64,000 nucleotides of DNA from Spirochaetaceae bacterium (GCA_003556605.1 PWQX01000284.1:8954-72953), one strand, 5' to 3'; shown: positions 38,656-49,712, counted from the first letter of the stretch. Program-made: numbers and translations. Notes: generated by a model not told the origin, from the letters alone.

Positions 38656-39157
38656 CTAAGTACCGAGCCAGCTTTTCCCGGGCGCGGTAGGCACGCACCT
38701 TCACGTTGGTCTCGCTTATGCCGAGCACCGCACCGATTTCCTGGTAACTCAGCTCACCGTACTCTTTCATCACCAATACAACCCGCAGATTCTCAGGTAA
38801 AGCTTCCAGCGCGTGCTGCACACGGTCTCTCGATTCAAGCTTCAGATACGAAATCTCTCCTGTTTCGGTTGGCCTACTCGGCTCGAAATACGCCCGCCGG
38901 TTAGCCGCAGACTCACGGCCGAGTCTTTTCTGATTGTTAAGGGAAAGGTTCTTGACGACCCGAATGATCCAGTACTTTGCTTGCTGTGTATCCGGGATTA
39001 CATCCATCTTGTCCAAGTACTTTATGAACGCCTCGTGACACAACTCCTCCGCCACTTCAATATCATTCGTGATGCGGTACGCTACCCTCACGGCGATCGG
39101 AAACACTTCCGTATACACCGCTTTGAAGCACTCGTGCGCGGATCCTTTACGTGTCAT
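38630..39157 (-). CDS. ECF-type RNA polymerase sigma factor
   Basis: Sigma70 region 2 (VAEELCHEAFIKY) and region 4 (LSYQEIGAVLGISETNVKVRAYRAREKL). The ATG at 39157 is preferred. The longer ORF to 39340 overlaps cysS. Confidence 0.75.
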   Translation of the reverse strand: MTRKGSAHECFKAVYTEVFPIAVRVAYRITNDIEVAEELCHEAFIKYLDKMDVIPDTQQAKYWIIRVVKNLSLNNQKRLGRESAANRRAYFEPSRPTETGEISYLKLESRDRVQHALEALPENLRVVLVMKEYGELSYQEIGAVLGISETNVKVRAYRAREKLARYLDGGDVYVP

Positions 39158-39191
39158 ACTAGTAAACAACCAAACCTTCGACGGGTTACAG

Positions 39192-40628
39192 TCACGCCGG
39201 TTTCCAGCGTGTACCGTCCGGACGGTCTTCAAGAATAATACCACGCTCGGCGAGCTCGTCCCGGATTCGATCGGCGCGCGCAAAGTCCCGTGCTTTGCGG
39301 GCCTCGGCGCGTTCTGCGATGAGCGCTTCGATCTGCGCAACCGTTTCGGCGCTCAACGCACGTTCCAAACGCTCGCCGAGGCGCAAGCCCAATACGCGGT
39401 CCATATCGAACACTAGCGCTAGTCTTTCCTCGGCGCTGAGTCTGTCGTCCTTGACAACCTGCCGCAGAACGGCCAGACACTGCGGCAGCCCGAGATCGGC
39501 CGCAAGATGCGCGCGGAAAGCGTCACGCCACTCGGCGGCAGCGCCGTTCAGCCGGTCAACCACAGTCGGCTGTGCAAGACGCTCATCCGCATCGCCGACC
39601 TCGGCGCGCAGCGCCTGTACCGCGTCACTCAACCTGCGCCGAGCCGAACGCGCGCTCGCGATTATCTCCGGGCCGAACTGCAACTGACTGCGGTAGTGCC
39701 CGCCCAGACACGCGTAACGATAATCGAGCGCGTGATAGCCTTCCGCTTCCAGACTCGACAGCGTGACGAAACCGCCTGTGGATTTCGACATCTTATCACC
39801 CGACATCACCAGAAACTCACCATGAATCCAGTAGTTCACCCATTTCGCACCGGTTGCCGCTTCCGACTGCGCGATCTCGTTCGTGTGATGCACCGGAATA
39901 TGATCAACACCGCCGGTGTGGATGTCAAAACGCTCTCCGAGGTACTTCATGCTCATCGCGCTGCATTCAATGTGCCAGCCGGGATAACCGCGCCCCCACG
40001 GCGAGTCCCAGACCATGGTCTGGTTCTTGAACTTCCCTTCGGTGAACCACAACACAAAATCCTGCGGATTGCGCTTGTTCGGGTCGACCTCAATCCGCGC
40101 GCCGTGCTGTAGCTGCTGGCGCTCGAGAAGCGCAAGCTTGCCGTAACCGTCAAACTTTGAAACGTCGAAGTATACGTTGCCGCCGGCGATGTAGGTATAC
40201 CCCTTGGACTCGATCCGCCGGATCAGCGCAATCATGTCCTGGATATGGTCGGTGGCGCGACACACCACCGTGGGCATTTCAATATTGAGCCGTTCGATAT
40301 CCGAAAAGAACGCCTCGGTGTAAAACTCCGCGATCTCCCAGACCGAGCGCCCCTGTTCGCGGGCACTCTTCTCCATTTTGTCCTCACCTTCGTCGGCGTC
40401 GTCGGTTAAGTGGCCCACGTCGGTGACATTCATTACGTGCACGACTCTATAGCCGGCGTACTCGAGCGCGCGCCGCAAGATATCCTCAAATACGTAGGTC
40501 CGCAGATTGCCGATATGCGCGTAGTTGTAGACAGTGGGGCCACAGGTGTATAGCCCCACCTCCTCCGGTGAGATTGGTTTGAAGGTCTGCAGTTCTCGAT
40601 CGAGTGTATTGAACAACTGTAGAGTCAC
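39192..40628 (-). CDS. cysS: cysteine--tRNA ligase
   Basis: HIGN and KMSKS motifs. The GTG at 40628 gives a canonical [13 protein letters not shown]-terminus with an AGGGGA RBS. The 56-codon ORF-track extension overlaps murB. Confidence 0.88.
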   Translation of the reverse strand: MTLQLFNTLDRELQTFKPISPEEVGLYTCGPTVYNYAHIGNLRTYVFEDILRRALEYAGYRVVHVMNVTDVGHLTDDADEGEDKMEKSAREQGRSVWEIAEFYTEAFFSDIERLNIEMPTVVCRATDHIQDMIALIRRIESKGYTYIAGGNVYFDVSKFDGYGKLALLERQQLQHGARIEVDPNKRNPQDFVLWFTEGKFKNQTMVWDSPWGRGYPGWHIECSAMSMKYLGERFDIHTGGVDHIPVHHTNEIAQSEAATGAKWVNYWIHGEFLVMSGDKMSKSTGGFVTLSSLEAEGYHALDYRYACLGGHYRSQLQFGPEIIASARSARRRLSDAVQALRAEVGDADERLAQPTVVDRLNGAAAEWRDAFRAHLAADLGLPQCLAVLRQVVKDDRLSAEERLALVFDMDRVLGLRLGERLERALSAETVAQIEALIAERAEARKARDFARADRIRDELAERGIILEDRPDGTRWKPA

Positions 40629-40718
40629 GACGTATTCCCCTGTAAAGACGACGTTTCCGCAAGCAGCCGGATGTGACGCGGCTGGAAATACAACGCCGGT
40701 TTCCGATATGCTGGCCGT

Positions 40719-41630
40719 GTGGCAACCGTAAATAAATTGTTCAAGAAAATCAACATCAACGGTGCAGTACGGACAAATGAGCCGATGAGCGCTCACACTA
40801 CCTTTAGGGTCGGCGGGCCGGCAGATCTTTTCGCAATCCCGGTCAGTACTACCGATATCGTAGCGTTATTGCAGTTCGCCAACCGCACCGGTCTCCCGTG
40901 TTTTGTGCTCGGCGGCGGCGCCAACCTCCTGGTAGCCGACCGCGGCATTCGCGGATTAGTAATCGACATGCGCGAGTTCCGCCACCTGCGCCGCGAAGGC
41001 AACGAGCTCGTGGTAGGCGCAGGCCGAGCGGTGAGCGAGGCTGCCGCCGCGGCTGTTGAGATGGGCCTGGGAGGCCTGGAGTTTCTGTATTCAATGCCCG
41101 GCAGCGTCGGCGGCGCCGTTTGGATGAACGCCCGCTGTTACGGACACTCGATCGATGAGATCCTCACCGGTGTCGCGTACGTCGACGAAGAGCGGAGGTT
41201 GCAGCACTACACGCCCGACCCGGCCGATTTCGCCTATAAGCGCTCACCCTTCCAAGGCCGCAATTCCGTGATGTACACGATCCGCTTTCGCTTGCATCCC
41301 GACGATCCGGCGGTGTTGCGGCGGCGTATGAGCGACTACTACCGCGACCGCGAGTCGAAAGGTCACTTCGCAGCGCCTTCGGCCGGCTCGGTATTCAAGA
41401 ACAACCGTGAGTTCGGCGCTCCCACCGGCAAGCTGCTGGACAGTCTCGGGCTCCGCGGGTATCAAGTCGGGGGCGCCAAAGTCTCCGACCTCCACGCCAA
41501 CATCGTGATCAACACCGGTGACGCTACCGCAGCCGATATTCGCGCGGTAATTGAACACATGCAACGCCAGGCCGAGGTCCACCTCGGCCTGCAACTTGAA
41601 CGCGAGGTTTTGTTCGCCGGCGAATGGTGA
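40719..41630 (+). CDS. murB: UDP-N-acetylenolpyruvoylglucosamine reductase
   Basis: [26 protein letters not shown] and the FAD-binding/MurB C-terminal region. GTG start. Confidence 0.88.
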   Translation: MATVNKLFKKININGAVRTNEPMSAHTTFRVGGPADLFAIPVSTTDIVALLQFANRTGLPCFVLGGGANLLVADRGIRGLVIDMREFRHLRREGNELVVGAGRAVSEAAAAAVEMGLGGLEFLYSMPGSVGGAVWMNARCYGHSIDEILTGVAYVDEERRLQHYTPDPADFAYKRSPFQGRNSVMYTIRFRLHPDDPAVLRRRMSDYYRDRESKGHFAAPSAGSVFKNNREFGAPTGKLLDSLGLRGYQVGGAKVSDLHANIVINTGDATAADIRAVIEHMQRQAEVHLGLQLEREVLFAGEW

Positions 41631-41654
41631 GCTGCCGGTACAGCTCGCCCCCAA

Positions 41655-41672
41655 CCGCAGCCTTGGCTGCGG
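41655..41672. terminator. GC hairpin CCGCAGCC-TT-GGCTGCGG between convergent stops (no U-tract)
   Basis: Perfect 8-bp inverted repeat exactly between the murB stop and the stop at 41673. Confidence 0.3.
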
Positions 41673-43103
41673 CTACAGCCGAACGCGCAGGGCGAGCGTT
41701 GCAATTACCGCCTCATCCGGCGTGCGCAGCACTTCGCGCAGCGCCGCTTCAGCCGGCAACTCCCGCGCAGTGTCGAGCGTAAGCACGAGCTCACAACGAC
41801 CGGCTTCAAGCTGTGCGCGAATCCCGCACGCTACAGTGATCTGGTCGCGAATGAACACCCGCACCCGCGTGCGTGCAGCTGCAACTTCACCACGCCACTC
41901 GTATTCAACCGTGCTGCGACGCTCTACGACGTCTAATCCGATCCTGCGGTCGAGCACGGCGACCCCGAACGAGTGCTCAGAGTCGCGAAGCCGGAGCTCC
42001 AGCCCGTCGCGCCGTTCAGCCGGCCGATCGGCTTCGTGACCGGTGAACTCGCGCTGCTCGCGGATTATGCGGCCCCACACGCCATCCTCGCTCCGCCGGC
42101 CGACTCTCACACCGCCTCCGTAGCGCCGCTCCGCGGGCGCTTCATCACCGCGATAAAACCGCGTCGCGGGCCTCCGCAGGTCGACGAACCCCTCTAATCC
42201 CGCCGGCCGGCGCGGGAGCACCTCCAGGTCCAGCGAACGGCGCGAAGCGCTCGACGGGCCCGCACCGTCGGGCAGCCGATACGCCGAGTGAAGCATGCCC
42301 CCACGCGCAAGAATCGAAAGCTCCCGTGGTTCCAACGCAAGTTGCCCTTCCAGAAACGCGCCCGGCGCAATCCTCCGGCCGAACGATGCGCCGAAAACCG
42401 TTGTCATGCGCGCGGTGCCGGCACCCAGCGCGCCCAAGGACATATTGCGCGTTACCGCTGCGAGGCGGAGCGCGGCGTGTTGAACCTTACCTCCGGGGTG
42501 CGGTGCTCGCTCGTGCTCCCAGTCATCAGGCGTGGCAGCCTCGGACGGAGCCGAGGTAGACGCCAGCACATCGAAAGCGCTGTGATCACCAGTGCGGGCT
42601 AGCACAACCCCCGCAGTGCGCGCACCCCCGGGGGCTTGATGGGCGAACACGCGACCGTGCGCCTGCGTGTCAGGTGCAGTAAGACGAAGTTCGCCCCCGC
42701 TCCGAGTCGCCGGCAAGAGTGAAGTGTCCAACCGCACATCGCTTGTTTCGGTGAACGCCGAGGAGCTGACCGCGAGCGAGAGCGGAGCGGCAACTAACCG
42801 ATGCAAACCCCTAAGCCGCACCGGACCGAGGTCCAGGTGTTCGCTCCCCAAGCCGGCACGCAGTACCGTGCGCTGCTGCGGCTGCTCCCGAACGCTAAGC
42901 AACAAGCGTACGCGCTGGTCGTAACTAATGACGGTGCGGTGCTGCAGCTCAGCGCGCGAGCTATAGCGCGTTCGGAGTTCCGCCGCCGGGGTCGCCCGCG
43001 CCAACCCGGGTGTGCCGAACAGCTGAGCCACCGCAAATCCGGCGGCGAGAATCACGCACTGCCACGCCGCTGCTCGCCGAGCCGCCAGAGCAAACGTACC
43101 CAT
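41673..43103 (-). CDS. hypothetical exported protein, Arg-rich, possible beta-barrel
   Basis: Signal-like N-terminus and alternating hydrophobic/polar segments. It is the only long ORF across 1.4 kb. Confidence 0.45.
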   Translation of the reverse strand: MGTFALAARRAAAWQCVILAAGFAVAQLFGTPGLARATPAAELRTRYSSRAELQHRTVISYDQRVRLLLSVREQPQQRTVLRAGLGSEHLDLGPVRLRGLHRLVAAPLSLAVSSSAFTETSDVRLDTSLLPATRSGGELRLTAPDTQAHGRVFAHQAPGGARTAGVVLARTGDHSAFDVLASTSAPSEAATPDDWEHERAPHPGGKVQHAALRLAAVTRNMSLGALGAGTARMTTVFGASFGRRIAPGAFLEGQLALEPRELSILARGGMLHSAYRLPDGAGPSSASRRSLDLEVLPRRPAGLEGFVDLRRPATRFYRGDEAPAERRYGGGVRVGRRSEDGVWGRIIREQREFTGHEADRPAERRDGLELRLRDSEHSFGVAVLDRRIGLDVVERRSTVEYEWRGEVAAARTRVRVFIRDQITVACGIRAQLEAGRCELVLTLDTARELPAEAALREVLRTPDEAVIATLALRVRL

Positions 43104-43187
43104 ACACTAGGCACTACCGTCAGAGTCTTTCTGCTGCTTCGCTTAAACCCCGCCGGCTTGCAACTCTTGATGCTTTTCGAGCTGCGA

Positions 43188-44210
43188 TTACGCTTTGCGG
43201 CAGGAGTTGCGGATTGAGATATGGGTAGGCAGAACTACGTGGCACGGCGCGGCCGGTCGAGCCGGCTCCAGCTGTTCAATCAGAACTGAAACGGCTTTCG
43301 AGCCCATCCCGCTCGCAGGTAGCGCCATCGTGGTCAAGGGTGGGTTCAAGTATCGCGAGAGGTAATCGTCGTCGAACCCGCAGATTGAGATATCGTCGGG
43401 TATACGCAGCCCGCGGTCCTTGATCGCTTGTATCGCCCCGTAAGCCACGACGTCGTTACCGACAAAAACCGCACTCGGTATCGCCGAACCGCTGAGTATC
43501 CGTTCCGTGGCCTCATATCCGCTCGCTTCCGAAAAATCGCCGTACTGAACCCATTCCTCCCGCTCTCGAATGCCGCGCGCCGCCAGCGCGTCGCGGTAGC
43601 CTTCAAGCCTTCGCTTGGAAGCTGAGAACATCGTCGGCGCGTGCGTAATCATTCCGATGTCCCGATGCCCCCACCTGATCAGGAACTCCACCATTTCCCG
43701 CGCTGCGCCGCGGTTGTCGACGTAGACTTGCGAAAGCTTACGGTTCTCGAGGTAATCGATAGAGACCGCCGGAAATCCAGTTTCTATCAGCTCGTTGAGC
43801 GCCGGATCGTCTTCGCGGGTATTGATGAGGATAATGCCCTCAACTTCATCCTGCTGAGCCAACTCTAGGTAGCTTCTATCGGCCACGCTGACAGGCTGAA
43901 TTACCAGCTGAATACGGTACTTGTTCACGGTTTGCGCCATACCTTCTACAACGCGGCTGATGAACACGTCGCTATAGAGATACTGCGAATGCCCGATGAA
44001 TACGCCGATGGAACTAGTACGCATCATCGCCAACCGGCGCGCGTCTTCGTTGGGAATATAGCCGAGCTCGCTCGCGGCAAGCAACACACGCTGACGAGTG
44101 TCTTCAGAGATACTCTTACCGGGCGTGTTGTTCAATACGAACGAGACGGTCGTCCGGGACACCCCGGCGTGTTGGGCTACATCCTGGGCTGAGACTTTCC
44201 TCTGCTCCAC
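43188..44210 (-). CDS. LacI-family transcriptional regulator
   Basis: HTH SAQDVAQHAGVSRTTVSFVLNN plus a periplasmic-binding-like domain. The GTG at 44210 follows GGAGA. The ORF-track TTG lies at 44252. Confidence 0.8.
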   Translation of the reverse strand: MEQRKVSAQDVAQHAGVSRTTVSFVLNNTPGKSISEDTRQRVLLAASELGYIPNEDARRLAMMRTSSIGVFIGHSQYLYSDVFISRVVEGMAQTVNKYRIQLVIQPVSVADRSYLELAQQDEVEGIILINTREDDPALNELIETGFPAVSIDYLENRKLSQVYVDNRGAAREMVEFLIRWGHRDIGMITHAPTMFSASKRRLEGYRDALAARGIREREEWVQYGDFSEASGYEATERILSGSAIPSAVFVGNDVVAYGAIQAIKDRGLRIPDDISICGFDDDYLSRYLNPPLTTMALPASGMGSKAVSVLIEQLEPARPAAPCHVVLPTHISIRNSCRKA

Positions 44211-44322
44211 GCTCGTCTCCGGTTGCTGCGCCGTAATCTCTTTAAGACCCAATGAAGCTGCCCGGCCCTCAGCGCCTAGCGCTCAAGGCCGGGTCTTCTG
44301 CATGCGCGACGTACGGGCAACC

Positions 44323-45237
44323 TTACCCCTTTACCGAGCCGGCCATCATACCGCGCACGAAAAACCGCTGCAGGGAGAAGAACACGATCAACGGTACGAC
44401 GATGGAAACAAAACCTCCGGCAGTCAAAACGTGCCAGGCCTGCCCCCGTGAACCGACAAGCTCCGCCAACCGGGTGGTAACGATAACGTTTCGAGACGCA
44501 GTTCCGAGAAAAACTAACGCTACCAGCAGGTCGTTCCAGACCCACAGAAACTGGAAAATCGCAAACGATGCGATTGCGGGTACCGAAAGCGGGAGGATTA
44601 GCCGGGTGAAACTCATCATCGGCGTTGCCCCGTCAGCGTGGGCCGACTCAGTGATCTCTTTCGGTATGCTCGATATGTACCCATATAGGAGGTATGTCGC
44701 CAACGGCAGGCCGAAGCCGGTGTGCGCCAGCCACATCCCGAGATAGGTTCCGGTTAACCCTGCGTCGGTGTAGATCCGCAAAATCGGGATCAACGACATC
44801 TGCAGCGGAACGACCATGAGGCCTACCACCAAGACAAAGATGACCGTACGACCCGGAAAATCCATCCACGCCAGCGCGTAGCCTGCAAACGCCGCGATCG
44901 TAATCGGGATTACCGTGGCCGGGATCGTGATCATCAGACTGTTGTAGAACGCGAGGCCCATCCGATCGGCATCGATCACCTGAATATAGTTTGCAAGCGT
45001 CCACTCCGCATCGAACGCTTCAAACAGCGCCGTCCACCAACCGCTCGTCTGAATCGCGAACGCAGGCCGGAAGGAGCTCACGAACAGCCCGAGCGTCGGC
45101 ACCGTCCACGCAATTACCAAAGCAATCACTATCAGGTACGCCGGCAGTTTGCCTAGCCACTCGTAGAATCGTTTCTCGCGTTCCGACCGCAGCCGAACCT
45201 GTTGCTTTCCAGTTGCTGTCGCTGTCACAGTACTCAT
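44323..45237 (-). CDS. carbohydrate ABC transporter permease (MalG-like)
   Basis: Six TM segments and the EAA-loop region (ITESAHADGATPMMSFTRLILP). Confidence 0.8.
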   Translation of the reverse strand: MSTVTATATGKQQVRLRSEREKRFYEWLGKLPAYLIVIALVIAWTVPTLGLFVSSFRPAFAIQTSGWWTALFEAFDAEWTLANYIQVIDADRMGLAFYNSLMITIPATVIPITIAAFAGYALAWMDFPGRTVIFVLVVGLMVVPLQMSLIPILRIYTDAGLTGTYLGMWLAHTGFGLPLATYLLYGYISSIPKEITESAHADGATPMMSFTRLILPLSVPAIASFAIFQFLWVWNDLLVALVFLGTASRNVIVTTRLAELVGSRGQAWHVLTAGGFVSIVVPLIVFFSLQRFFVRGMMAGSVKG

Positions 45238-45243
45238 ATTCGC

Positions 45244-46347
45244 TTACCTCCGCGCCCGCATTTCTTTCATGTTGCGAATCATGATCGGCAACACCGCGAG
45301 AAACAGAATCGTCGCCAAGGCGCTCCCGCGACCGAAATGTCTAAAAATGAAAGCTTCCTGATACATGCGGAACGCAACGACCCCCGTCTGGTACTGTCCG
45401 CTCGTCATGACGAACACGACGTCAAAGATCTTCAACACCAAGATCAGAATCGTGGTGGTCACGGTAAGAATCGTACCGCTGACGTACGGGATGATGACGT
45501 TGAAGAACACGCGAATCTCCCCGGCGCCGTCGATCCGCGCGGCATCGAGCAAGGCGCTCGGCACCCCTTTTACCGCCGCCGACAGGATCACCATCGCAAA
45601 ACCGGTCTGCATCCAGATCATGATCCAGATCAGGAACAGGTTATTCCACGGCCGCCAGGTCAGCCAACCAATAGGATCACCGCCGAAGTACGTCCAAATG
45701 GCGTTCAGCAGGCCGATCTGCTCAAACCCCGCCGGCTGATAGAAGTAAATGAAGCGCCAGATAATACTGGCCCCGACAAACGAGATCGCCATCGGCATGA
45801 AGATGAACGACTTGGCAATGCGCTCCCAGAACTCGCTCATACGGTCGGCAATCACCGCAATCAAGAGCCCAAAGGTTACCGCGACCGCCGGGACGAGCAG
45901 CAACCACAACCCGGTATTGCGCAGCGTGATGATCATGCCGGGATCGGTCAGGGCAAAGACGTAGTTTCCCAGCCCTATGAACTCCTCACCGCGTCGACCC
46001 ATGAAACTGAGGCTCACCGTGCGGACCGCAGGAAGAATGATGTAAACCATCAAGACTACCAGCGCCGGACCGACGAAGACGTACGGCAGCAGAGTGTCGC
46101 GCGCGCGAATCGGGAACTGCGAGACGAGCTGGTTCATCGCCAGGAACAGAGCCCAAACACCCCCAACGCCGACAACCAGCGCCACAACTGCAATTACCGC
46201 GCGGGGAGCCGCAGCGGCACGCATAAATTGAAAGCTCCAGTTGAGCACCAAAAACGTGACCACAGGAACTACCAGAGATACCCCGATTCGCAGCGGTGTC
46301 CAAGCGAATATCTCTGCTAATCTGCTGTTACGCACTTGTTCGATCAT
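45244..46347 (-). CDS. carbohydrate ABC transporter permease (MalF-like)
   Basis: Multi-TM protein with the EAA loop (LLDAARIDGAGEIRVFFNVIIP). Confidence 0.8.
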   Translation of the reverse strand: MIEQVRNSRLAEIFAWTPLRIGVSLVVPVVTFLVLNWSFQFMRAAAAPRAVIAVVALVVGVGGVWALFLAMNQLVSQFPIRARDTLLPYVFVGPALVVLMVYIILPAVRTVSLSFMGRRGEEFIGLGNYVFALTDPGMIITLRNTGLWLLLVPAVAVTFGLLIAVIADRMSEFWERIAKSFIFMPMAISFVGASIIWRFIYFYQPAGFEQIGLLNAIWTYFGGDPIGWLTWRPWNNLFLIWIMIWMQTGFAMVILSAAVKGVPSALLDAARIDGAGEIRVFFNVIIPYVSGTILTVTTTILILVLKIFDVVFVMTSGQYQTGVVAFRMYQEAFIFRHFGRGSALATILFLAVLPIMIRNMKEMRARR

Positions 46348-46434
46348 GTGTACCCACCCGTTTAGTTATTGTGGAAAACTGCGGCGCGCCTGACCGCGCG
46401 CCGCAGCGCTATTCACTGCAAACCCAAAATCACA

Positions 46435-47775
46435 CTAGTCATCCGGCCACGAATCATCAATCCTTTGCAGAACCGTATCGAGATCATCACCTTGGATGTA
46501 GTCAACCATGCCGGTCCAGAAGCTGCCGGTCCCGACGGCACCGGGCATCATATCGGACGCATCAAAGCGGACGGTATCCGCGTTCAACATAATCTCGGCG
46601 ATACCGCGATCAAGATCAGTCGGGTACCAGTCGAGCGGCGTGTCTTCGTGCGGCGAAACGAAGCCGCCGTATTCCAGCCACGCTCGGGTGGACTCACCCT
46701 GGGTAAGGTAGCGCATAACCGCCCGTACCTCGGGGCGATCCTCCATCATGCCGAACACATCGCCTGCGGTGAGCACAGGCTCACCGTACTGTTCGTCGAT
46801 CATCGGGAAGTAGAAGAAGTCGAGGTCCTCACCGATCTCGACGTCTACGCCCTCGGGGAGAAACGCGATAATGAACTGCGCCTGGCGGTGCATCGCCGCC
46901 CGCGGCGGATCCATAACCAGCGGATTGATCGCGTCACCGAACGGAACCGTAAGAATCGAGGTCGTACCGCCGAGCACGTAGTCCTCGTTCAGCCAGATCT
47001 CGCTCATGTAACCAACCGCGCGGCGAATCTCGTCGGATGCGAACGGCAGATCACCGGTTACCCAGTCGTCGTAGGCCTCAGGCGGCGCGGTGCGCAGCAT
47101 GATATCCTCGATCCAGTCGGTCGCAACCCAACCGGTAGCACCGGCACTCTCAATACCGATACTCCACGGATTGTACCCGTCGGCAACCATCTGATCGGAG
47201 AGCGCGACGAGCTCATCCCAGGTCTCAGGGATCTCGTAGCCTTCCTGCTCGAACAGTGGTTTGGCATACCATACCAAGCTCTTCACGCTGGCGCGGTACC
47301 ACACACCGCCCATGAGACCGTCGTGTTCGGCGATCGCGAGCCAGTCTTCGGCGTACTGCTGTTCCAGGTAATCACGGTCCATGAAATCGAGAACATCGAT
47401 AACGTGCCCGCCCTCGATCAAGTCGTACATGAGCCCCGGCTGCGGGAAGGCGGCGATGTCGGGCGGATCGGCCCCTTCGGCGCGGACGGTGATCAAGGCT
47501 TCGAAGTCACCGGACCCTTCGTAACGAACCTCGATACCGGTCTGCTCGATGAACGGCTGCATGCTCTCCTGGAAGTTCTGAGCGTCGGTATCGACGAACG
47601 CGCCGAAGATCTCAACCTCGGTCCCTGACAGATCTTCGCCCTCCGTCCAGGGATTGTCAGTGGGAGCAGTAGCTTCCACATCCGGTTCCGCCGGCTCGCA
47701 CGCCGCGAACAACAGCGCGAAAACCGTCAGCAAGACTACCATGAGCACCAGCGGTGCTCTTGCGTAACGTCTCAT
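46435..47775 (-). CDS. sugar ABC transporter substrate-binding lipoprotein
   Basis: The ATG at 47775 is preceded by AAGGAGGG. It has a lipobox (LLFAAC) and a family-1 SBP-like sequence. Confidence 0.8.
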   Translation of the reverse strand: MRRYARAPLVLMVVLLTVFALLFAACEPAEPDVEATAPTDNPWTEGEDLSGTEVEIFGAFVDTDAQNFQESMQPFIEQTGIEVRYEGSGDFEALITVRAEGADPPDIAAFPQPGLMYDLIEGGHVIDVLDFMDRDYLEQQYAEDWLAIAEHDGLMGGVWYRASVKSLVWYAKPLFEQEGYEIPETWDELVALSDQMVADGYNPWSIGIESAGATGWVATDWIEDIMLRTAPPEAYDDWVTGDLPFASDEIRRAVGYMSEIWLNEDYVLGGTTSILTVPFGDAINPLVMDPPRAAMHRQAQFIIAFLPEGVDVEIGEDLDFFYFPMIDEQYGEPVLTAGDVFGMMEDRPEVRAVMRYLTQGESTRAWLEYGGFVSPHEDTPLDWYPTDLDRGIAEIMLNADTVRFDASDMMPGAVGTGSFWTGMVDYIQGDDLDTVLQRIDDSWPDD

Positions 47776-48196
47776 GTTGCCCTCCTTTCGTAGGCTTTTC
47801 GGTTTAAACTCTCGGCCGACAACTGCGGCCGAAATGCTACCTGGTGCCGCTCGTAACACGCCAATGGTGATGCGGGCGCTAACCCGAAACTGCCGCTCGA
47901 GCAATTGGCGCCCAGAACAGCTGTTACACACACCGCCGGCGTTGGAACTGCCGGCACGCTAACCTTCTCTATACCGGCGATAACCAACGTTCGCGCGTTA
48001 CTAACATCACCACTATAGCCCGGCTTCAGCCGTTTGACAAGAGAAAACGCACATGTAGTTCATGCGATAATCACGCATAAATGCTCGATACCTGCAGTAC
48101 GATAAGCTGTTGTCCTTGAAGTTTCGATACTACCGTGCGAGAATATCCGAGTAATCTGCCGACTCAAGCTAAGCAAATTTCGGAGGAACATGCACT

Positions 48197-49570
48197 ATGG
48201 TCATTCTGACGCTAAACTGCGGCAGCTCCTCGGTAAAGTATCAGCTCTACGACTGGTCGAGCCGAGCGGTATTGGCAACCGGCATCGTAGAACGCGTTAC
48301 TCAACCGGGCTCAAAGCTCACCCATAAGCCGGTAGGCGCCCTGGAGTTTGAGAAAGAACACGATTGCCCAAGCCACCAAGAAGCCATCAACCTGCTGATC
48401 GAAGTCATACAGGATGCCGACCATGGCGTAATCGATTCAATTGACGAAATCAAGGCGGTCGGCCACCGGGTTGTGCACGGCGGCGAGCGGTTCAATAAAT
48501 CGGTGTTGGTCACCGATGAGGTGCTTGCGGTGTTTCGGGAGATACAGGGCCTGGCCCCGCTGCACAACCCGGCGAACATCATGGGTATTGAAGCGGCGCG
48601 CGCGTTGCTCCCGAATGCCCCTCATTGTGCCATTATGGATACTGCGTGGCACCAGACAATGCCGGCGAAAGCCTACATGTACGCTCTTCCCCACCACTGG
48701 TACAGAGATTACGGCGTGCGCCGCTACGGATTCCACGGCACGTCGTTCCTGTATACCGCCAAACGCGCGGCGGTTCTGCTCGGCAAGGATCCCTTCGAAA
48801 CCAACTTGATCATCGCCCATATCGGTAACGGCGCAAGCATCAACGCAGTCAAGGAGGGTGTCTCGGTGGACACCTCGATGGGACTCACGCCGCTGGAAGG
48901 CTTAGTGATGGGCACACGCAGCGGCGATATCGACCCCGCCATACCGTTTCACATGCTGAATGCCGCCGGCATGAAACCCGACGAGGTTGAGCGCACGCTG
49001 AACAAACAAAGCGGCGTACTCGGGATCACCGAGAAGTATGTCGACCGGCGCGACATCGAACAGGCGGCCCAAGAGGGCGATAAGCTGTCGCAGCTCGCGA
49101 TAGAAGTGGAATCTTACCGTTTACGAAAGTACATCGGTGCGTACGCCGCGGCTTTAGAGCGGGTCGATGCCATCGTGTTCACCGCCGGCGTCGGCGAGCG
49201 CGGGCCGCTCATCCGCAGGCTTGCAACCGAAGGTCTCGAAAACTTCGGTATCAAACTCGATCCTCGCAAGAATGAAGCGTCGAAGACCGCTAACGCCGAG
49301 ACCTGCATCTCCGCTGACGACGCCACGACCAAGATCTTAGTCATTCCAACCGACGAGGAATTGGTAATGACCGAGGATACCCAGGCGCTGATGGAAGGCT
49401 CCTACGATGTGCATACAAACTTCACCTACTCCTTCCAGTCGCCGGACTACTTCAACAAGAGCCGCAATGCCTGCATCGACGCCGATCTCGAGAAACGCCC
49501 TGAGCTCGCCGAGATCATCTTGAACACTCCTGTCGAGAGCACATCGCAGGCGCCGGAGGACTGCGAGTAG
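48197..49570 (+). CDS. ackA: acetate kinase (with roughly 55-aa C-terminal extension)
   Basis: [16 protein letters not shown]-terminus, HRVVHGG, and GFHGTS motifs. Confidence 0.9.
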   Translation: MVILTLNCGSSSVKYQLYDWSSRAVLATGIVERVTQPGSKLTHKPVGALEFEKEHDCPSHQEAINLLIEVIQDADHGVIDSIDEIKAVGHRVVHGGERFNKSVLVTDEVLAVFREIQGLAPLHNPANIMGIEAARALLPNAPHCAIMDTAWHQTMPAKAYMYALPHHWYRDYGVRRYGFHGTSFLYTAKRAAVLLGKDPFETNLIIAHIGNGASINAVKEGVSVDTSMGLTPLEGLVMGTRSGDIDPAIPFHMLNAAGMKPDEVERTLNKQSGVLGITEKYVDRRDIEQAAQEGDKLSQLAIEVESYRLRKYIGAYAAALERVDAIVFTAGVGERGPLIRRLATEGLENFGIKLDPRKNEASKTANAETCISADDATTKILVIPTDEELVMTEDTQALMEGSYDVHTNFTYSFQSPDYFNKSRNACIDADLEKRPELAEIILNTPVESTSQAPEDCE

Positions 49571-49712
49571 CGGTATTGCAGGCGGGCGCCGCGGGAAACC
49601 AGACACTCGCGGTGCCGTCGCGGAATATGGGCTGCATGCGGCGGAAGAAATGCCGGAGTGCTACAAGGCCGTGAGCCCACACGGCCGAGCGGTCGGGCCC
49701 TCGTAGCGTTCG

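Noticed and set aside
39158-39340. Extended N-terminus of the ECF sigma ORF (also hisF 10970-11164 and SBP 47776-47931)
   Set aside because: These extensions overlap the 3' ends of upstream genes or lack any homology. The internal starts give family-typical lengths. The SBP and hisF internal starts also have a good upstream RBS, but the sigma ATG at 39157 does not.
40629-40796. 56-codon N-terminal extension of the cysS ORF
   Set aside because: The extension has no CysRS homology and overlaps the divergent murB start. The GTG at 40628 with an upstream AGGGGA gives the canonical N-terminus.
45202-47628. Long plus-strand ORFs (372 aa and 419 aa) opposite the ABC permease and binding-protein genes
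   Set aside because: These are shadow ORFs typical of GC-rich DNA. Their translations are low-complexity Arg/His/Pro-rich, whereas the minus-strand products have clear permease and SBP signatures. The same reasoning applies to 5295-6176, 18889-19761, 21448-22188 and 35713-36456.
47981-48000. LacI-type operator TAACCAACGTTCGCGCGTTA upstream of the ABC operon
   Set aside because: Only 12 of 20 positions are symmetric and the core does not resemble the usual TGnnAnCGnTnnCA pattern. It is too weak to call.
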